Part shown: positions 20,460 through 26,013 of the stretch, in pieces
Layout of the letters: the number at the start of each line of letters is the position of its first letter
How positions within the stretch are numbered: position 1 is the stretch's first letter
Made by a program: the position numbers and the translations under genes
The notes under the pieces: model-generated
Seen by the model: the letters and a program-made list of their open reading frames with translations, nothing else
Told to the model about the DNA's origin: nothing
Database searches by the model: none
Assembly (NCBI RefSeq): GCF_006345805.1
Contig: NW_021835624.1
Location: forward strand, 1 to 26,013
Direction of reading: 5' to 3'
Source: Octopus sinensis
Lineage: Eukaryota
Length of the DNA: 26,013 nucleotides

Positions 20460-20923
20460 GCAGTACTAATACCACTACTATTATCACTATGTGTATCCCC
20501 CACGAGTACCACCACGGTCACAACCGTGACAAAAGCGATGTTGATGACGACGCAGACGACAACTACGACGACAATAGCCACCACCACCACCACCACCACC
20601 ACCACCATACCACCACATATCAAACTTCTCATTTTGCATTCCCCGCTTCTCTCCGGCAACAAAAACTAGTGTACAATCATATCTGCAACACTTTCAAAAC
20701 AGTGATGTCATCCTTATTATCTACATCCCACTTCACACACACACACACACACACACATGCACACGCACACACACACGCACACACACATACAGAACCCATT
20801 TCTTTATCTACACAACATTTCACAGTTCTTTTTTTATTCATAATCATCCAATTATTATTATTATATTATTATATTATTATTATTATTATTATTATTATTA
20901 TCATTATTATTATCATTATCATT

Positions 20924-20977
<54 letters not shown>

Positions 20978-21000
20978 GTTTGTATTATTACAATATAAAC
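20295..21000. repeat. Compound (CAT)/(CAC)/(CAA), (CA)n and (TTA)/(TCA) microsatellites
   Basis: Direct observation, with short unique spacers. Confidence 0.92.
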
Positions 21001-21279
21001 GCCCCGCTCTAAAATTTTTCTTCGAATTCTCTTCATCCTGTTTTATAAACGACATCATTCTAATATTTCTTACAAATGTCTGTTGTTGATTTTTAAACTA
21101 AGCAATTTAATAATCTTTGCTTTTTTTTTTTCCTTTTGTCTTGCTCTCCTTTTATTTCGCGTTTAATAATATCCTTAAGCTTACCCCTTCCCTATTTCTT
21201 GCTGTGTATTCTTCCATCTTTTCCTTTCAAATTAACTTCTTGTTATTCAAATTTAAATTAAACAGGTTCAATGCACCAT

Positions 21280-21440
21280 GCTTCTTCTTCTTCTTCTTCT
21301 TCTTCTTCTTCTTTTTTTTTTCTTGTTCTTCTTGTTCTTCTTGTTCTTCTTCTTGTTCTTCTTGTTCTTCTTCTTGTTCTAATTCTCTAATTCTTGTTCT
21401 TGTTCTTGTTCTTGTTCTTGTTCTTCTTCTTCTTCTTCTT
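21280..21440. repeat. (CTT)n/(CTTGTT)n polypyrimidine-rich microsatellite
   Basis: Direct observation. Confidence 0.96.
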
Positions 21441-21689
21441 CCAGGTCGGGTCGGGTCGGGGCGGAGTTTAATTTCAATATCCCACATCTCCACCACCCTC
21501 CCTACATAGGTTTCTTTTGGCATTATTTCTTTATATATATATATATTTTCATTAATTTTTTTATTATTTCTTTTTGTTTTGATAGAAATTTAAACTGCTT
21601 TAATTAAATTTTTCTTGTTTTTTTCTTTTTCTTTTGCTGTTTCGTTTACAAGAACAACAGCTAAATCTTTTACTAAATGGCTCATCAAC

Positions 21690-22056
21690 AAAACAAATAT
21701 CGCAGCAACAACAGCTGTAACAACAACAACAACAATAGGAACAGCAACAGCAATAAGGATAGTAGCAACAACTACAACAATAACAACAACAACAACAACA
21801 ACAATATCAGCAATAACTAATCAAACAATATTATTAACAGAAGATTACATCATAGCAAAAACAATAACAAAAACACTAAGTATATGAACAGCAGTAACAT
21901 TTCTTTCGAAGAAGTCAATACAATGCATGCATACATACATACACAAACATGTATACAACATACATACATACATACATACAAACATGTATACATAATACAT
22001 ACATACATACATACAAACATGTATACATACATACATACACAACATATATAGATATA

Positions 22057-22094
<38 letters not shown>

Positions 22095-22250
22095 ATATAT
22101 GTATGTATGTATGTATGTATATGTATGCATGCATGCATACAAAGGCATACACACACGTATACACGATACATATATAAACATACAAATGAATACATACGCA
22201 TACAAACTTACAGATATACGTACATATACACACACACACACATAAACACG
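21690..22250. repeat. (CAA)n-like then (CATA)n/(TA)n tracts, including a roughly 33-bp unit ACAAACATGTATAC(A)... repeated three times
   Basis: Direct observation. CAAACATGTATACA occurs three times between about 21940 and 22030. Confidence 0.9.
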
Positions 22251-22295
22251 TATTGTGTCAACAATAATTATCGCGTCAAAATGCTTCAGAAACAA

Positions 22296-22430
22296 ATATG
22301 ACGTCATATGTTTAAATTAACTTGTGACAAAACAATGATTGGACATTTATGCCAGAGGTGGGGATGTCCCCTCAGCTGACGGTGAAATATCAGTCGTATT
22401 CAAATTTGAATCGCCCCGCCCGCTGACGAT
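22296..22430. promoter_or_regulatory. Candidate cis-regulatory motif cluster
   Basis: ATATGACGTCATAT (CRE palindrome, 22296-22309), TGATTGG (reverse CCAAT, 22336-22342), GGGGATGTCCCC (22360-22371), CAGCTG (22373-22378) and GCCCCGCCC (22413-22421) in non-repetitive DNA. This is motif evidence only. Confidence 0.3.
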
Positions 22431-22584
22431 ATGTGAAAATCCATACGGAAAAAGATTCCCCCAACCCTAAAATGCAAAAAACAAGCAAACAAACGAACGA
22501 AAAACAATAGATTCTTGAAGCCTTAACACCAACCTTCTTAGAATTTGTTAAAATAAAGAATAATCATTTTTATCAGCATAACAA

Positions 22585-22740
22585 GGCGCCGGTGTGGCTG
22601 TGTGGTTAAGAAGCTTGCTTCTCAACCGTGTGGCTTTAGGTTCAGTCTCACTGCATGGCACCTTGGGCAAGCATCTTTCATAGCACCGGGCCGACCAGAG
22701 TCTTGTGAGTGAATTTGGTAGACAGAAACTGAAAGAAGCC
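22585..22740 (+). mobile_element. 5' half of family B SINE, split by the family A tetramer and resuming at about 23529-23560
   Basis: GTGGCTGTGTGGTTAAGAAGCTTGCTT...CCTTGGGCAAG...GAAACTGAAAGAAGCC, continuing after the insert as GAAGCCTGTCGTGTATGTATA. Confidence 0.9.
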
Positions 22741-23528
22741 TAAGGCAGCGAGCTGGCAGAAACGTTAGCACGCCGGGCGAAATGCGAAGCCGTATTTCGT
22801 CTGCCGTTATGTTCTGAGTTCAAATTCCGCCGAGGTCGAGCTTGCCTTTCATCCTTTCGGGGTCGATAAATTAAGTACCAGTTACGCACTGGGTTCGATA
22901 TAACCGACTTAATCCGTTTATCTGTCCTTGTTTGTCCTCTCTGTGTTTAGCCCCTTGTGGGTAGTAAAGAAATAGGTATTTCGTCAGCCGCTACGTTCTG
23001 AGTTCAAATTCCTCCGAGGTCGAGCTTGCCTTTCATCCTTTCGGGGTCGATAAATTAAGTACCAGTTACGCACTGGGTTCAATATAACCGACTTAATCCG
23101 TTTATCTGTCCTTGTTTGTCCTCTCTGTGTTTAGCCCCTTGTGGGTAGTAAAGAAATAGGTATTTCGTCAGCCGCTACGTTCTGAGTTCAAATTCCTCCG
23201 AGGTCGACTTTGCCTTTCATCCTTTCGGGGTCGATAAATTAAGTACCAGTTACGCACTGGGTTCGATATAACCGACTTAATCCGTTTATTTGTCCTTGTT
23301 TGTCCTCTCTGTGTTTAGCCCCTTGTGGGTAGTAAAGAAATAGGTATTTGTCAGCCGCTACGTTCTGAGTTCAAATTCCTCCGAGGTCGACTTTGCCTTT
23401 CATCCTTTCGGGGTCGATTAAATAAGTACCAGTTAAGCGCTGGGGTCGATATAATCGACTTAATCCGTTTGTCTGTCCTTGTTTATCCTCTCTGTGTTTA
23501 GCCCCTTCTGGGCAGTAAGAAATAAAAA
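22741..23528 (+). mobile_element. Family A2 tetramer (one headed unit plus three head-less units of about 184 bp) within a single 15-bp target-site duplication
   Basis: Junctions at 22974/22975, 23158/23159 and 23342/23343. Flanks are AAACTGAAAGAAGCC (22726-22740) and AAACTGACAGAAGCC (23529-23543). Confidence 0.95.
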
Positions 23529-23565
23529 AAACTGACAGAAGCCTGTCGTGTATGTATATACGTAT

Positions 23566-23623
23566 AGATACCTATACGTTAAGATACCTATACGTTAAGA
23601 TACCTATACGTTAAGATACCTAT
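23566..23623. repeat. 16-bp minisatellite AGATACCTATACGTTA, 3.6 copies
   Basis: Perfect copies start at 23566, 23582 and 23598, with a partial copy at 23614. Confidence 0.96.
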
Positions 23624-23759
23624 GTTTGTGTGCCGCTTCTCTGGTTCAATTTGCTTTTTAGTTCGTTATTATATATAATTGTGGATGGTGAATATGTTAG
23701 AGATATTTCTCTACATATGGAACTATTAATAGCAATTAAATACATGTATTGCGTCCTTT

Positions 23760-24068
23760 AAATTATATATATATATATTATATAGATATATATATATATT
23801 ATATATTATATATAATATATATATACATACTATATATATTTATTTATATGTATATATATATAATTCTTATATGTTTATATACATATTATATGATTTTCAT
23901 CTATTTATATATATTATTATATTAATCTATGTCGGATTTTATATCCGTTTTGTAGATATAAATGAAGATATGTAAGTATTTCTTGTGGTGTGGATCTTAG
24001 TAATGTTCCTTTAGTTCCTGCTCGCATTGCCTCTGCTCAATTAAAAAGTATACATACATACATGCATA

Positions 24069-24107
<39 letters not shown>

Positions 24108-24153
24108 GATGCGTGCATACATACATACATACATACATACATACATACATACA

Positions 24154-24187
<34 letters not shown>

Positions 24188-24340
24188 CATATATATATGT
24201 ATTATATATATATATTATATATATATATAGATCTTATATATATATATTTATAATATATATATATTCAACAGCGGAAGTAGCATGCATGCATACATACAGG
24301 CATACATACATATATACATACATACATATATATATATACT
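23760..24340. repeat. (TA)n-rich and (TACA)n microsatellite tracts
   Basis: Direct observation, with a unique spacer near 23900-24045. Confidence 0.9.
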
Positions 24341-24723
24341 TTGATACTTTGATAGGTTTCGGCCATTATTGGCCCAGGCCATGTCTAATTTAATAGCACC
24401 ACCTGTATATATATTTCAACAGCGGAAGTAGCCTGTGTAACGAATATTATTTTGCAAGTCCAACTTAACTTGAACGTGTTGTTAAGAGCGCCATTAACTG
24501 CAGTAATCGTCCAAAGAAGTCCTCTCGTATAGACGATTCGTGCTAAAGAAGCGCATTATGTGAGAGGACGAAATTTTGTCACCTTTTAACATTATTGACA
24601 GTTTAGTTAATGTTAAGCTATATCGGTTTGGTATATTTTCGATCTGACATTGGGTACTCGGGTGCCTGTTGTTGATCATACGCAAAATACACCGACATTA
24701 CGTGATGCAACAGTCCCATCCAT

Positions 24724-24858
24724 CGGTACTTATTTTATCGACCCTGAATGGATGAAACATAAAGTCGACTACAGCAGAATTCGAATTCATAACTTAAAGC
24801 CGGAAGAAATGCCGTTAAGCATTTTGTCCGACCTGGTTACGGGTCTACCAGCTCCCTG
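24724..24858 (-). mobile_element. Degraded family A SINE
   Basis: GGTACTTATTTTATCGACCCTGAATGGATGAAAC...AAAGTCGAC...TTAAGCATTTTGTCCG...CCAGCTC. Confidence 0.8.
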
Positions 24859-24874
24859 CTGCAATAGTTATCGT

Positions 24875-25088
24875 TTCTACTCTTGACATAAAGCCTGAAA
24901 TTTTTCAATTTTTAGGCGATTATATCACCCCAACACTCCGTGCTCAACTGCTACTTATTTTATCGACCCCGAAAAGATGAAAGGCAAAGTCAACCTTGGC
25001 GGAATTTGAACTCAGAACGTAGCGACGGACGAAATACAGCTAAAAATTTTGTTCGGTGTGCTAACCATTCAGTCAGCTCGCCGCCTTG
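24875..25088 (-). mobile_element. Near full-length family A SINE
   Basis: TTCTACTCTTGACATAAAGCCTGAAA...ATCGACCCCGAAAAGATGAAAGGCAAAGTCAACC...TCAGCTCGCCGCCTT. Confidence 0.9.
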
Positions 25089-25089
25089 A

Positions 25090-25257
25090 TAATAATGGTT
25101 TCAAATTTTGGTATAGGGCCAGCAGCTTCTAGGGAGAGTGGAAGGTCAGTTACTAGAACTTATTTCATCGACCTCCGCGGAATTTGAACACACTACGTAA
25201 AAACGGACGCTTAGAATTGTGTTCAACGTGCTAACGATTCTGCCAGCTCGCTACTTT
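25090..25257 (-). mobile_element. Family A SINE (A3 tail) with internal deletion between two TCGACC motifs
   Basis: ATCGACC is followed directly by TCCGCGGAATTTGAAC. The segment CCGAAAGGATGAAAGGCAAAGTCGACC is absent. Confidence 0.85.
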
Positions 25258-25459
25258 AATAATCCTTTCAACTATAGGCAGAATGCCTGAAATTTTGGGA
25301 GAGGGAACTAGTACGTAACTGGTACTTATTTCAACGACACCAGAAAGATAAAAGGAGAAGTCAACTTCGGCGGAATTCGAACTCAGAACATAGAGACGAC
25401 CGAAATACCGCTTAGAATTTTGTTCGGCTTGCTGATGATTCTGCCAGCTCAATCTCTTA
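25258..25459 (-). mobile_element. Family A SINE with A4-like tail
   Basis: AATAATCCTTTCAACTATAGGCA...GGCGGAATTCGAACTCAGAAC...GATTCTGCCAGCTC. Confidence 0.87.
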
Positions 25460-25833
25460 ATAATAAGGATAATAAATAAACCAGAAATCCAAACTATGAA
25501 GTCTGGGTATAAATAACGAAATAAACGAATGAGTTATTAGGAATAATGAAATAACAGGGTTCCAGTAGATTACCTCTACAATGATTGCGCTGTCAATCTT
25601 GGAAAAAGAAAAAAAAAAAAACAGACGTCTTTAACGGACGGCTTCGTTCTTAAAACGTCTCAGTTGGCTCCCTTATGGCCATTTACCATTTTGACAGAAG
25701 GGCCTACCCGTCTAACCCCTTACTATAACGGATAGGTGCGTGCGCTTCATGCGGCTCTGTGTAGCTAACCGCTACCACGCCACTCACTTTGGAGTAACAA
25801 TTACGAAAGTTTTTCGTCTAAGAAACTCAGAGA

Positions 25834-25897
25834 TTGTTGTTGTTGTTGTTATTGTTGTTGTTGGTCTTCTTCTTCTTCTTCTTCTTCTTCTTCTTCT
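25834..25897. repeat. (TTG)n/(TTC)n microsatellite
   Basis: Direct observation. Confidence 0.96.
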
Positions 25898-26013
25898 CAA
25901 CTGAAAGCATGGACGACAACAACATTATTTTAAGATGGTTCATGTATTTGTGATAAATAGCGCAATAATTTATATTATGAAATAAAATAGTGGGAAAACA
26001 ACAACAATAAGAA

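Noticed and set aside
22975-23158. Tandem unit as a hammerhead retrozyme monomer
   Set aside because: The size fits, but I could not find a CUGANGA...GAAA core with the required helices on either strand. An Infernal search with hammerhead, HDV and twister models would be needed to exclude other ribozymes.
22741-23528. Tandem array as a CRISPR array
   Set aside because: The units are near-identical 184-bp SINE bodies with no unique spacers, there are no cas genes, and the context is eukaryotic.
25788-25817. Possible 30-nt minus-strand microexon (TTTCTTAG|ACG...AAA|GTGAGT)
   Set aside because: The polypyrimidine tract is weak and such a pairing is expected by chance in 26 kb. It would need RNA-seq junction reads.

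Overview
AT-rich, extremely microsatellite-dense animal genomic DNA. It is most likely from an Octopus species, an inference from recalled SINE and mariner consensus sequences rather than from a search. No host protein-coding exon, true tRNA/rRNA gene or CRISPR array can be supported, and almost all ORFs in the track are translations of microsatellites or SINEs. The window is a patchwork of tRNA-derived SINEs. My working names are family A (head AAGGCGGCGAGCTGGCAGAA, with tails A1/A2/A3/A4) and families B, C, D and E. There is also one non-autonomous Helitron (14970-15513), one internally deleted mariner (19544-20231), a decayed restriction-like-endonuclease fragment of a non-LTR retrotransposon (11930-12188) and a decayed triple C2H2 zinc-finger fragment (18585-18901). 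The most interesting signal is in family A. Its A2 tail is fused at one invariant hairpin junction (GAAATA-GG-TATTTC) to head-less units of its own family at ten places in five loci, plus once in inverted orientation. This suggests a SINE that targets its own family or retrotransposes as multimers. Other notable items are modular head/tail swapping among SINE families, a mariner carrying an inverted copy of neighbouring DNA, and a long head-to-head SINE palindrome.
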